Source: Octopus sinensis (lineage: Eukaryota). From it: a stretch of DNA of 64,000 nt. A program made the position numbers and the translations under genes. The notes under the pieces were generated by a model that made no database searches, was not told the DNA's origin, and was given only the letters and a program-made list of their open reading frames with translations. The stretch lies in assembly GCF_006345805.1 (NCBI RefSeq), contig NC_042999.1, positions 162,626,001 through 162,690,000 on the forward strand. The letters are read 5' to 3'. Positions 37,976 through 51,040 of the stretch are shown in pieces; positions within the stretch are counted from its first letter, which is position 1, and every line of letters begins with the position of its first letter.

Positions 37976-39751
37976 TAACCCAGAAAACAGTAATAATCAT
38001 GTGATAAAATAAAAAACATAAGTAACAGATAAAAATATGAAGCAGTTTATTAATAATAAAGCATCAATTTATAAAGATATGCAATAAACATATCATGCAT
38101 TACATATCGATACAATAAAAAAAATAACAGATCAGGATGGAGAGACAGATATTCCAGTAAAATGGTTATGAGTAATAATAATGCTGGTATGAAGCAAAAA
38201 AAAAAACAAAAAATGGAAAAAGCGAAAAATAGAATTGAAATATAATGTTCAACTTGATAATTAATCCAAATTAGGCCCATTTTGGTCTGGTGATGACAAA
38301 TTTGGTTACGATACATGCTGTATATAAGAGCGTTCAGCTCAGCATGCTAAAAGCATTGGTTGGATAAAAGTAATGATGCAGTGTGCCCACTATTTACAGT
38401 GGTGAGATGGACGTGTTTACTGTAACAAAATGTCATTTTTTTAGTGTCTGTTTACAGCTTGATGGCCTAGCAGCAAGTGTAAAGTATATATTGGCTATGG
38501 TTACAGCAGAATAGCAACTACTGACCCTTTCAGTTGGGCATTCTATTGACTATGTCATCTGTAACACTTGATAACTCAAACAATGGAAGAAAGTTAATAA
38601 AAAGAAACTGTAGAAAATTTAATGTTTTTGTATAATTGTATACAAAAAGGTAAATATTAGAAATTTTTTAAAAGTAGCATAGTGAATCCTATCAAGGCCT
38701 TGCACACCTGACTCATCTTCTTATCTATTGCCTCTCTTTTTTCCCATTTAATCCAATCATTTCATTTATCACTCATACCCCTCCATCTCTTATGTTCCCC
38801 ACTACCTACGAAGCTCACAAACTATGAATGGCTGCCCTGCATACTACTTCCATCCTTCACTAGGCCTATATATGACAGAATGGGTGTCCATTCACACCCC
38901 ACCTTCCCTCCTCTATCCATCTCTCAGTTATGACCCTAACATTCACATCTCTCATCTTATTACCCATGACACTTGCTTACTCACTCACTCTCTGCTTCTT
39001 TTTCTTTCTCTAGTTTCTCCCCAAATCTTCTATATTATCTGAACACATTCACTGTTATACTCCCACGACCTACAAACCTTTCATTTCTTCAATGACTTTC
39101 TGAACCCTCAACATCCTCATCTACTTTCTTTCTTGTGCAGGTTCCCTTTCTCTCAAATTTTCCACCCCTGTTTGCCCTTATAAGCACCCAATACACTTAA
39201 TAAAGTGCTTGGCATTGTAAAGAGCATCCAGTTATAAAAGCCATGGAGAAGCAGACACTAGATCCTGTCAAACTGTCCAACAAATGCCATCATGGAGAGA
39301 GGATGTTGTATGAGAAATATATATATATATATATATATCAATATACGCATATTTCCAACCCTATGTCACCCTGGCCTCATCCCTGACATTGCACAGCTCT
39401 CACGTACCCCCCCCCCTCACACTTCTACCAATTATCTCTCTAACCCACTCCTATTTCCACTACCTTACTAATCACCACTAACTGATATTCACTATTGACC
39501 ATGCTTCCACTCATGTTCACCTTTATCCCATCTCTATCCATCTGCTACTCTTTTCTCATGAATTACCTACCCATTCACAGGGTCTGATTTTCTATTTACC
39601 TATCTTATATTCACCTTCCTGTATCTTGAGGACACACCATGATACCTCATCAGTAACATCTCTTTTTCCAACTAGAGTAGCTACTGTCTCTTTTCTAAAA
39701 GACACCTGCTCCTGTCTATCCTGGTTTAATTTCTCATTGCCTGGCATAAAG

Positions 39752-39855
39752 CCCTATAGTAGAAGACACCTGCCCAAGGTGCTACTCAGTGGGACTGAAC
39801 CCAGAACCATGCAGTTGGAAAGTAAGCTACTTACCAGACAGCCATGCCTGTGTGC
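39752..39855 (-). mobile_element. SINE family A head fragment
   Basis: Plus-strand CTATAGTAGAAGACACCTGCCCAAGG...GGGACTGAACCC. Confidence 0.75.
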
Positions 39856-41490
39856 ATATATATATATAAATCATGTGCATGTAAGTATATTATATATATT
39901 TATATATTCAGATACACATGAATGTATATATTATATATTACATACATATATATGTATGAATATATTGCACACACTAATACACTTTTGACATCTCTCGTAA
40001 ACACCGAGTAAAATCATTGACACTACAAACTTTTGTATTTTAAAAGAGAAATCAATTTGTCATGAACATTTAAATGCCAGATCAATAGTCTTTATACTTC
40101 AAACACCAAATTTGAATAAGTGCTTTGAGTTAAATATGAGAATGATTAAGAAAAATAGTTTTTATTATATTATTAATGACAATTTAATTTTTAGTGACTT
40201 TAATGGTTTATTTCAGTTGGTCATCATTCAGAGACAAGATTTGTACAAAAAGTAGAAAACATTGAGAAGTAAGGAGAGAAAGGGAGTATCTCCTACCTTC
40301 TATGTTACTTTCTTTGTTTCTTAATCTTTCATTCATGTTTTTTAACTATTGTTTTAAGTTTGGTATCAAAATCTTTAAGGCTGCCAATAATTCTCAAATT
40401 TCACACAAACTATCGCTATGACCAATAACAACAAGAAACCAGTGGCTAGAATCCTGTATTTTACTTGCTAATTAAGGGATTCTGAAGTTTGTGTGTATGT
40501 TTCATTTTTAAAGAACACATTCTGAAAAAAATTCATCTTGTTTTAAAAGTTTGTACTGCATTGGATGTATAAAGATAAATTAATTTAGAAAATAATACAA
40601 AATCTATTTGAAACATATTTTTATAAATAATGTTGTTGATTGAGGCAGCTTCTACTGCTCATTTAGTAAAAGCAAAACATATTTAACCTTTTGTCAATTT
40701 ATTACCAGATATATGGCACAAGCTAATCTAAAGCTCTCAGTAATACAGCAGTGCTAATAATGATTCCTTCCATTAGCAAAAAGCCAGTGTCAAAAACAAT
40801 AATAATAATCACATAATAATAAACAATATATAATAGAAGCATAATTAATGTGTTGTAGGATTATGAGCAACTCTTCAAAATATTTAGATAACATCATAAA
40901 ACAAAATAATTCTTTGACACAGTTTGAAAATATTTAGGATAATAAAAAAGATGTTTACATGGTTTTCAATTCTATATCTTTGGTTCTTTTTAACCCTCTA
41001 ATTTTAGAAAGATATCTAAGAAATTTGTTGACACAAATCAGATTTCCTAATCTAAATTTGTTTTCCTTTGTTGATTAATATTGATTATTACAAAACACTT
41101 AAAATTGAAGATAGAGTTTAAGACCTAAACATGTTGCTTGTGTAGGAATATTCTTGGAATTCAACTTTCAAACATTTTTCTGGATTAAAAGATAATCTCA
41201 TAAAAAATTCAAATTTCAATCTTAGATTTATAATACTATGCACTTGAAAACCAGAAGAGGAAGTATATAATGTATATCTGTTGGTGTCTGTTATTATTTT
41301 TAGTGAGTGTGTGTGTGTGTGCATGCGTGCGTATGTGTTTGTGTGAATAATAAAACTTTAATTTGAAAATGATTGTGAATGTCTTAAAACATCAGTTTAA
41401 AGGATTTAGGGAGTTGTTTATGTTTCAAACCAAACAAAGAGATAATAGAATATGAAATATCTAATATAACATGTTTCAAAGAGAAGCACT

Positions 41491-41531
<41 letters not shown>

Positions 41532-41598
41532 CATCATCATCATCATCGTCGTTTAACGTCCGTTCTCCATGCTAGCATTATATATATATATATATATA

Positions 41599-41781
41599 CT
41601 AGCAGTATCGCCTGGCGTTGCTCGGGTTTGTAAGGGAAATAACTATATAAGCATTTTTAGAGATGTAAAGTATAATAGCCATCTCAATATGGCTAACCAC
41701 AAAGGGGGGGGGGTTACTGTAGCTTTTTACGTTCTGAGATTTAATAATAAATTTTTAGAGAGTTACTTCCCTTATATAATA
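41599..41781 (-). mobile_element. Short Helitron sharing its 3' end with 13579-13965
   Basis: Minus strand ends CCCGAGCAACGCCAGGCGATACTGCTAG followed by T. Confidence 0.72.
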
Positions 41782-42067
41782 TCTGAGATCAGTTGTTCTA
41801 AATAGAATTATAATGTTTTTGAATACTTATCCCTTCTCAAGAGATGAAACTTAGCATAGATGTAAATATTAAAAAAAGATTTTTGCTTCAAATGATAAAA
41901 TTTTAATCTGAAAAATTACAGTATATTCAAAGGAAAGAAAAAGTTGCTGCAACATGACAACATTAAGAAAGAAGTGAACACGTGTCTGAATGTGTAACTG
42001 TAAACAATTGGTAACAACTATTTTTAGAAATGAGTTGACTTTTCCAAGAGATTTTGGTTTATCACAA

Positions 42068-42215
42068 TTAATAATAATAATAATGAAATTATTGTATACA
42101 GTGCTCAGGTGCACCACAACTTGTCAGAAAGTGCATATAAAGTACATGCAGTAATGTAATGTATGAGTCAGATACATGCTTGTGTGTGTATGGAGGGGAG
42201 AAAATCAGGTGTAGT
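42068..42215 (-). mobile_element. CR1 LINE 3' tail fragment
   Basis: Reverse complement of GACAAGTTGTGGTGCACCTGAGCACTGTATACAATAATTTC(ATT)n. Confidence 0.8.
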
Positions 42216-42511
42216 GTTGGCTTTTGTTTCTTTCCAGTAGATACGAATTTGTTTTCTGAAATATTAGCCACTGCCTGGCATCCATTTTAACCTGCTAACA
42301 TGTTAAATAGGTTTTTGCAAGTTCAAAATTTTTTATATTGTTAAAACAATTGTTTATGCAGTCGGTCACTTCTTATTGCTAATAAATGAACTGTAAGCTG
42401 TAAAACAAGCAGAGTTATTTGTGTTGACTAAAAGCTGTAGTAAGATTCAAACTTATCATAACCAAACCACATATGGTCATAAAAGATATACATACACACA
42501 TACAGATATAT

Positions 42512-44510
42512 ATCATCATCATCATCATCATTGTTTAACGGCCGCTTTCCATGCTAACATGGATGAGACTGTTTCACAAGAGCCAGCCAGGCAGAAGCCT
42601 GCACCAGATTTCTGTGACTGTTTTGGCAGGATTTTTACAGCTGGATGCCCTTCCTGACACTAACCATGCAGCAGAGTAGACTTAGTGCTTTTTACATGGC
42701 ACAAGCATACGGGAGGTCAGTATTGGCAAGGCTTTTACAGCTGAATGTCATTCCGAATACCTACCACTTTACAGTGTTGACTGGGTGCTTATAAGTGGCG
42801 CCTGCACTGACAGGGTCACCAAATACTTGCAAGACAAAAAAAAACTTTCAAGAGGGGAGGGGGCATTGGAGGAGGTGATCTTGTGTCAGAGGATGAAAGG
42901 TTATAGTGAGACAGAGAGACAGAAACAGGTGTCTTGTTGTAGAGACAGTACAAGGTGAGACAGAGAGAGAGAGATATTAGGAATGCAGACAGAAACATGT
43001 GAGTTACTGCAAAAGAAATACATGTTACCTAACTTGAGAGAAGTGCAGGAGAAGGAGAGAGAGAGAGTGGGAGACAATAGGATAGAGATGGTGGCTAAAT
43101 GTCAGGCATACTCACAAGGGCCAGGGATCAAGATATAAATGGGATGGTTGAGTAAAGGAAGAGAAATATATAGATGGTGGCAAGTGCCAGGGCATATACT
43201 TGAGATTTGAATGCCATAATATAAGTGGCAGGATATTGCGAAAGAAGTATGATTAAAGAGTGCAGGGGGGGGGGAGTGGCAATATATAGAGTCGGGGGGG
43301 GGACTACTGGATAGTAATGATACAGAGAAACAGGGTCATGAGGACAGGATTGGAGAGAGAGCTAGGCATAGTGCATGGAGGAAATGTGAGGAAAAGAAGA
43401 GATGTGGAGATGTAGATTGGTTTGTTGGGGTAGGGTGAGTGAAAAGTTTTCTTGTTACATGTGGGTGGAACACACAGGTTGGGGGCAAACGGAAAGCAAT
43501 GACACAGTGGCACAGGGCCAAGAGAGCAGGATTGGGAGGTAAGCATAGTGCATAAAGCAGAAATGTAAGGAAGAGAGGAGATATAGTTTATTTTGTTGTG
43601 ATAGTGTGAGAAGTTTTCTTGTTCAGTGTGAGTGGGACACAGTACTTCTAGAATTCAGTTTCACTGACGTGGGTGGGTCTTCTCTAGAAGTTCGTATTGC
43701 CAAACATCTTGGTCCAGTGTCATTTCCTCCATGAGGTCCAACATCCTGATATCGGTCCTTACCACTTTATCCCATGTCTTCCTGGGTCTCCCTCTTCCAC
43801 GGGTAACATCCACTTTCAGTGATCGGCACTTCTTTATGCAGCTGTCCTCATTCATACGCATCACATGTCTGAATCAACGTAGTCTTCTCTCTTGCATGTT
43901 ACATTTTATTCCTCTTATGCCTAACTTTTCTCTCAATACGTTTGCACTTTGCTGTACATGTGCACTGATGTTGCACATCCAACAGAGCATATTACCTTCA
44001 CTTCTTTACAGTCTACGCATGTCTTCTACATTCAGAGACCATATCTCACTATCATGGAATATAGCTGTTCACACACAAGCATCATTTCGTCTACCTTTCA
44101 CTCTGAGAGAGAATCATTTTGCTGCCAACAGAGGCAATAGCTCTGTGAACTTCCTCTACCCAATTCTTATTCTACAAACAATACTTTCACAGCATCCTCC
44201 ACCATTGCTAATTGGTCACCTAGGTAACAGAAAATACCTACAACCTCAAGGGAGCCTCCTGTGCATTTGAGAAAATATAAGTTGTGTGTACTGCTAGTGC
44301 TTATTGTTCCTGAACATCTGTCACATACAAAGATGACTTTATCTGTTAATCTACCTGTGATTACGCGTCCATAGTTTACACCGGGTGCACTGAATGGAAT
44401 TTCTGCCAAATCCTTTCCTACATATTGAGCAGAGTTATTTACTTCACGGAAAGAGAGTTTTATCTTCTTTCTTACTAACAACAACTTTGGTCTTCGCTAG
44501 ATTAACTTTT
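42512..44510 (-). mobile_element. Old RTE LINE 3' part (ORF end about 43660-44510, (GAT)n tail near 42512)
   Basis: RGRGRPRKTW, remnant of the Cys-rich finger, and the RTE-type tail. Continuity of the middle part is inferred. Confidence 0.7.
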
Positions 44511-45097
44511 AATGTGAATTAAAATGATATCTATCACTCACTGGATGGAGTCCTTTTTTTTGTTATTTCTACCTATATAGGATCTATAAACAATGCATGT
44601 GTGTGTGTGTATATATTTGCATATCATGCTGAGTGAGCTTTGAAAGACAGATCACTTTGAATGTATACCATTGTGTGACTGAGTAGAACAGAGCCCTTTA
44701 ACAATCAGACTGATTGTTGAAGAGGCTCTAGGAAAATATAATATATAACTGGCTGAAGCATTAAATGCAATGTTTTATGTTGAAATAAAAATTTCTCAGA
44801 CAAGCATGATTTGTTTACAATTCCCCCACACCCCATCCAAATACGCAACCTCCATTCAATTACTATTAATTTTGCTATTGTAGGATAGATGCTACTATAA
44901 GAGTAGAAAGGAAGGAGGCATTGTTAGGAGGGTGAGGTTTAAATAAATTTTATGAACAATCTAAATTTCATATCAGGCTAGCAGGAATTATTGACAATAT
45001 TAAGAGAATACAGATATATTAGATTGGGTATTTTAAGAAATAAGAATAGCAAAACCATACAGCTAAAGCGAGCGAGAGAGAGAGAGAGAGAGAGAGA

Positions 45098-45128
<31 letters not shown>

Positions 45129-46399
45129 CATGAGAGCTACCTAACAACAAATAAGTTAATTGTCCACAATCAGTTTTAAATGACAGATATTAATTGTACG
45201 ATATAAATGTATGTTCCAAAAGCCACATTGAATATATTGTATGTATGTGTGTATGTGCATATATACACAAATACACTGCACACACATCAATGAATAAAGA
45301 AATCATTGAATGTTTCTCTTGTTTGCAAGAAAAGTAAGTATGAATGTGGTGGAAAGGAATTCCAAGAAGTTGTTGGACTAGACAAAGGGTTATGTACAAG
45401 ATCTGGGAGGTGAGTCAATGAAGTAATGCAAGATAAAGATGGGTAGATTGGGTGTGTCTGAGTGGAGAAGCTGTGCTTTTGGTTCGTTAAAAAAGAGCAG
45501 TGACCATTAAAGAGGCAAAGAGAGAAAACTATGTTTCATGAGCCAGAAGTTGAAGCATGCTAGTGACTGAATCTTTTCAAAATCAGTTGAACAGATTTCT
45601 TTGAAATGCATCCTGGGATGTAAGTATGTGCAGCAATAGCAATGTCTCTTATATGTGTGCTGTACTCCAAGGTAGCTTTGTAGAACATCAGCAACTTATC
45701 ACGGGTCAAGTATTTCCTGGCCTTAAAAAGGAATTCTAATCTTTGTAATGGCAGTTTTAGTTATATATATATATATTGTAAATTTTTTTTGAAAGGAGGT
45801 ATTTTTTTTTATTAATGATAAAATGGAAAGTATAACAGTAAAAAATATGGGTAAAATAGAAAAAAATATCTTAAAAAAGGTTTATTTTTTATTCTTAAAA
45901 TGGACACAGAAACATTAAATTTCAAAACACTGAGATTAAAGAGATAACATAGGGAGTGTAAAAGCATTTTTTAATAGATATCACAATATATACATGAGGC
46001 ACACCATGTGTCATTTTAAAATATACTTTAAAAAAAGCATTTAGGTCAGTTCAAATACAATGAAAAAAGTTTTCAAAAAAAGATTAAGTAAAATGATAAT
46101 AATGAAGTTCTTTCACACACACATGTACACGAGGTTAATAATTGCCATAGAGAACATATGCAAGCAACTGAATCTATCTTAGTATATATTACTGGTATAT
46201 ATTTTATCAATCTGGGATGTTTGAAAAGCAATGTAAGATATAAAAGTTGGTACTGCAAGAAATAGAATTAAACACTGTCATGAATTTAGTCCAGAGTTCT
46301 ACTGGTTTAACACTCTTTATCACACTCAATGTAATAATGATTGTTTCTAACATAAGTAGAAGCCTTGAAAATTGGAGGAACACAAGTTCTTGACTGATA

Positions 46400-48372
46400 C
46401 TATATTTTATTGCTGCCCACCCCCAAGACAAAATTGATCCCTGTGGGATTTGAACACAGAATGTAAATCACTGAAACAAATACTGCAAGGCATTTTTTTT
46501 CCACTGCTTACTTTTGTCACTCAATCAGCCCTATAATAATAGCTTCTGATTTAGGCAAAAGGCCAACAATTTTGAGGGGAGGGGGCCCGTTGAAACTATC
46601 AATAACAGTATTTGACTGGTACTTTATATCATCAAACCCTAAAAGGATGAAAGGCAAAGTTGACCTTTGCAATAGTGGAAGCCAGAACATAAGGTGTCAG
46701 AACAAATACTACATATCATTTTATCTGACACAAATCATTGTCAATCTACCAGCCTTATAATTATAACACTAATACTAATGACTAAGTTCTGAGCTATTTT
46801 ATAACAAAGCTGATAAAACTTCTTCTTTTAGCTTCATCTTAGTACATTATTTTTTGTTTTTACTCTAGGCACAAGGCCTGAAATTTTGGGGGAGGGGGCA
46901 GTCAATTAGATTAACCCCTGTATACAACTGGTACTTAATTTATCAACCCTCGAAAGGATGAAAGGCAGAGTCAACCTTGGCGGAATTTGAACTCAGGACG
47001 TAAAGACAGATGAAATGCCGCTAAGCATTTCATCCGGCATGCTAACATTTCTGCCAGCTCACCGCCTTTATCTCAGTATATTATTATTACTCTACTGATT
47101 TCATAACTGAAGAAGTGAATGATTTGGTAAATCTCAGCAGTATAGGATCAGAAAACAATGAAGTACCAAATCTAAATAACAAATCACTCAGCCCCATCTC
47201 TAACTGTTTCACTCATCTCTGGCAATAATATTTTTGAGGAGAGGAAGAGAACAGTTCATTATATTGACCTTGGTTATTGAATGGTACTTATTTTATTGAC
47301 CCCAGAAGGATTAAAGGCAAAGTTGACCCAAACAGGATTTGAACTCAGAATATAAAGGGATGCAACTAAATGCTACAAGATATTTAGTCCATCACTCTAT
47401 CAATTCTAACAATCTAGCCTTCTAACAATAGGAATTTTAATAAGAATATGGTATAAATTTATAAAAATAGATTAGAGCTCAAAATTAAGTAATTAAAAAG
47501 CTATAATATTTTCTTATAAAGCCATGTAACTCAAATCAAAAGATATTAGAAGTTGTAACATAAATGCATTTCCTAAAGACGAAGTAGTTCCAACATCAAG
47601 TCATGTGTCTAGTGTTTGTCATAAGAAATGATAATTCTTTCTATTTTAGGTACAACACCTGGAACTTTGTGGAAAGGGGCTAGTCAATTATATTGAACCT
47701 AGTGATCAACTGGTACTTTATTTTATCAACCCTAAAACGATGAATGGCAAAGTCAACCCTGGCAGTATTTGAAACCAGAATGTCAAGTCAGAAGAAATGC
47801 TGCTTAGCATTTTTTATGACATACTATCAATTCTGCCAGCTCACCACCTTGAGAAGAAAAAGAAATAATAATAATAATAATCCTTTCTACTATATCACAA
47901 GACCTGAAATTTGGGAGGGAACTAGTCAGTTACATTGACCCCAGTATTTAACTGGTGCTTAATTTATCAACCCCATGAGGATGAAAGACAAAGTCGACCT
48001 TGGCAGAATTTGAACTCAAAACATAGTAGCAGATGAAATAGTGCTCAGCATTTTGCCCAGCGGACTAACTGTCCTGCCAGCTCGCTGTCTTAATAATAAT
48101 AATAATAAAGAATGTTTTCTATGATTTTCTGAAGTGATTTCTAATGTAATGCAATAATAATGGTTTCAAATTTTGGCCAGTAATTTTAGGGAGAGGAGTT
48201 GGTCAATTACATCAACCCCAGTACTTGTACTTGACTGGTACTTATTTTACTGACCCCAAAGAATGAAAAAGGTAAAGTTGATGTTGGTGGAATTTTTAAT
48301 TCACAATAAAGAGCTGGAATAAATGCTAAGAATTTTGCCTGGTATGGTAACAATTCTGCCAGCTTACCACCA
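46400..48372 (-). mobile_element. Cluster of about 7 co-oriented, diverged SINE family B copies
   Basis: Repeated plus-strand GGTACTT..TTTATCAACCC..AAGGATGAAAGGCAAAGTC..GGAATTTGAACTCAG units; best preserved at 46860-47067. Confidence 0.75.
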
Positions 48373-48391
48373 TAACAACAACAACAACCAC

Positions 48392-48431
<40 letters not shown>

Positions 48432-48460
48432 TAATAATAATAATGATGATGATGATGAAA
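48373..48460. repeat. (AAC)n/(AAT)n/(GAT)n microsatellite
   Basis: Seen directly. Confidence 0.95.
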
Positions 48461-48562
48461 ATAACCACAAATTAATTGTCTTTAAATGTGTCAGGTACAA
48501 TTTGAAGAAAAAAGTAAAGTAAAAGATAGAGGATATTTTTTATAAGAAGTTTATGAAAATAA

Positions 48563-48745
48563 TCAGATAGCCATGAAATCAGTTTTGTTGGTGATTTCAA
48601 TGAGTAACTTGCCAGGACGTTGAATGTCTCCTTCTTTTCCACGCCCAAAGAGCTCCACTTCTTTAATTGTTCTATCACATTCGTCTATTGTAGTGAACAC
48701 ATGCTTCCCCATGTATTCATCTTTCAGCAGATTGTTGTTCCAGAT
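48563..48745 (-). CDS. CAPN5: Calpain-5 terminal coding exon
   Basis: Acceptor TTTTTGCAG. IWNNNLLKDEYMGKHVF...RPGKLLIEITNKTDFMAI*; the WN..LKDE..G motif and the xMA(I/V) end resemble the CAPN5 C-terminus. Confidence 0.9.
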   Translation of the reverse strand: MWNNNLLKDEYMGKHVFTTIDECDRTIKEVELFGRGKEGDIQRPGKLLIEITNKTDFMAI

Positions 48746-49127
48746 CTGCAAAAATAGATGAGGTACACAATAAGCAAAATATACTGCTATATATATAATA
48801 CAACTTGTATGTGCAAGTGTATGTATATATATATATATATATATATATAGTGTAATAAATAAAATATATGCATACATACATACATATATGTACGTACCTA
48901 CATCTACATGTATATATACATGCATATATAAATATATATACGTGAGTACAGGACACCACAAATGGACGTAGAACTCAACAAGAAACGAAAACGTAAAAAC
49001 AAACATGGAAACGGACCTAAATGAAAAAAACAGAGTACAAGACAAACTACACAAGGAAAAATCCCCTTCATCAGCTGTCCCTAGTTCAACTCCAGCGTGT
49101 TTCGAAGGTGAGGACATATATATATAT

Positions 49128-49179
<52 letters not shown>

Positions 49180-49559
49180 TATATACGCACACACAACAAA
49201 TATCAAAGAAAGGGGTTAGCAGATCATTTTAATACTTCATTTACAATCATTTCATAATTATTCAATACAATCCATCTTGGATAATGCTATAGTCATTCTG
49301 ACAACTACACATTAATTTTCATGTGCTATGTAGGAATTCTTTTATTAACACATGTTGAACACGATCCTTCAGAATTCTGAAAAAAAAAATGATTGGCTAT
49401 GAAATTATCTAAATACACGACAAGGAACAAATGAATGCAAGAAATCAAGTGGGCAGCATCTTTTGATGAGATAACTATCTGCCCTAATAAACACCAGGGG
49501 TAAATACCAGAGTTATATATCCCTACCCATTATATATATATATATATATACATATAAAT

Positions 49560-50035
49560 ATCCTGAACGCCTTACTTCCCTGGGCATGGACACATTGAAA
49601 CTCCGACGTCTGGCAGCTGACTTGGCAGACACCCATAAAATTATCAACCATTGTACAAACAATAACTCTGAGCACCTCTTCAAACTCCACCCATCTAACA
49701 CCCGTGGACATATTTACAAAGTCAGAAAACAGCACAGCTCCCATGACTTCAGGAAACAGTTTTTCACGCTGAGAGTTGCTGAAGCATGGAACAAACTGCC
49801 GGCATCGGTTGTTAGTTGTCGGAATACTGCATCCTTCAAAACTTCCATGCTTCCTGAGATTCGCCAACACTACACCTAATTTTCTCCCCTCCATACACAC
49901 AAAAGCATGTATCTGACTCATACACTGTTCACTTTCCAGACATTTCTACATTACTGCATGTACTTTATATGCACTTTCTGACAAGTTGTGGTGCACCTGA
50001 GCACTGTATACAATAATTTCATTATTATTATTATA
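49560..50035 (+). mobile_element. CR1 LINE 3' end
   Basis: LRRLAADL...NTRGHIYK...FRKQFFTLRVAEAWNKLP, then (ATT)n tail. Near-identical to 60575-60974. Confidence 0.9.
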
Positions 50036-50195
50036 TTTAAATAGGCAAGTATCTTCTACAATATCCTTGAGTGGATTTTGTAGACAGAAATTGAAAGCAG
50101 CTCATTGTTTATGCATGTGCATTTGTCTTCCAAACACCCTGTATATATGAGGGGAAAATGAAAGCACTCAATAGTATTTGTGCAAATTCTGACTA

Positions 50196-50226
<31 letters not shown>

Positions 50227-50242
50227 ATACATATACAGTTAA

Positions 50243-50572
50243 GGTGCATGGCTCAGTGGTTAGAGCTTCGAGCTTATGACTGTCAGGTTGTGAGTTCGAA
50301 TCACAGACCGGGCTGCATGTTGTGTTCTTGAGCAAGAAACTTCATTTCACGTTGCTCCAGTTTACTCAGCTGCAGAAATGAGTTGCGACATCACTGGTGC
50401 CAAGCTGTATTGGCCTTTGCCTTTCCCTTAGGTAACATTGGTGACGTGGAGAGGGGAGGCTGGTATGCACGGTTGACTGCTGGTCTTCCATAAACAACCT
50501 TGCCCAGACTTGTGCCTGGGAGGGTAACTTTCTAGGTGCAATCCCATGGTCATTCACGACCAAAGGGAGTCT
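50243..50572 (+). mobile_element. tRNA-derived CORE-like SINE, family D
   Basis: Box A TGGCTCAGTGG, box B GAGTTCGAATC, then TTGAGCAAG...CTCAGCTG..AAATG. Confidence 0.75.
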
Positions 50573-50850
50573 CCGATACATACACACACACGTACACAAT
50601 TTTGGCTGAGTCAGTCTCTTGGTACTCTGAATATCACCTGTGGATGCAAAGGGTCTTAAGGCAAAATTCTGAGTACCCACAGGTGTAACTCAGAGTAGCA
50701 AGAGATTAACTCAACCAAAATAAAATATCAATCTCTACTCCATCCCATGCAGCAGGGGGAGGTTGTTTTTTTTTTTATACAAAGGCAAAACATGCCACCC
50801 CCTCAAAATAAGGGTAGACAAACATCGCAAAGCTGTGACATAAGGAGATT

Positions 50851-51040
50851 TTTCGGCTGATATCCCCTCCAGCCTTCATCAGGTGTCTTGGGGAAATTTT
50901 GAACCTAGGTTCTCATTCCTAAGGTATTTTCCGATGTTGTTATTATTATTATTATTATTATTATTCAGGTCACTGCTTGGAATCGAAGTCGGAATCTTGG
51001 GGTTAGTAGCCCACGCTCTTAACCACTACGCCATATGCCC
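50851..51040 (-). mobile_element. tRNA-headed SINE with (AAT)n spacer and hammerhead-like tail
   Basis: Box A TGGCGTAGTGG, box B-like ACTTCGATTCC, (AAT)n, then GACAC-CTGATGA-A-GGCTG...CAGCC-GAAA. Confidence 0.65.

Noticed and set aside
36000-46400. Additional host exons between calpain-5 and PEX11
   Set aside because: No ORF with a recognisable protein or consistent splice phases found by eye; small or non-coding exons cannot be excluded.
48746-49192. N-terminal part of the 209-aa ORF 48563..49192
   Set aside because: Intronic microsatellite read-through; only 48563-48745 follows a splice acceptor and resembles calpain.
50243-50315. Possible tRNA genes here and near 4860-4931 and 50970-51040
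   Set aside because: A and B boxes are present but there is no complete cloverleaf, and each continues into a SINE body.
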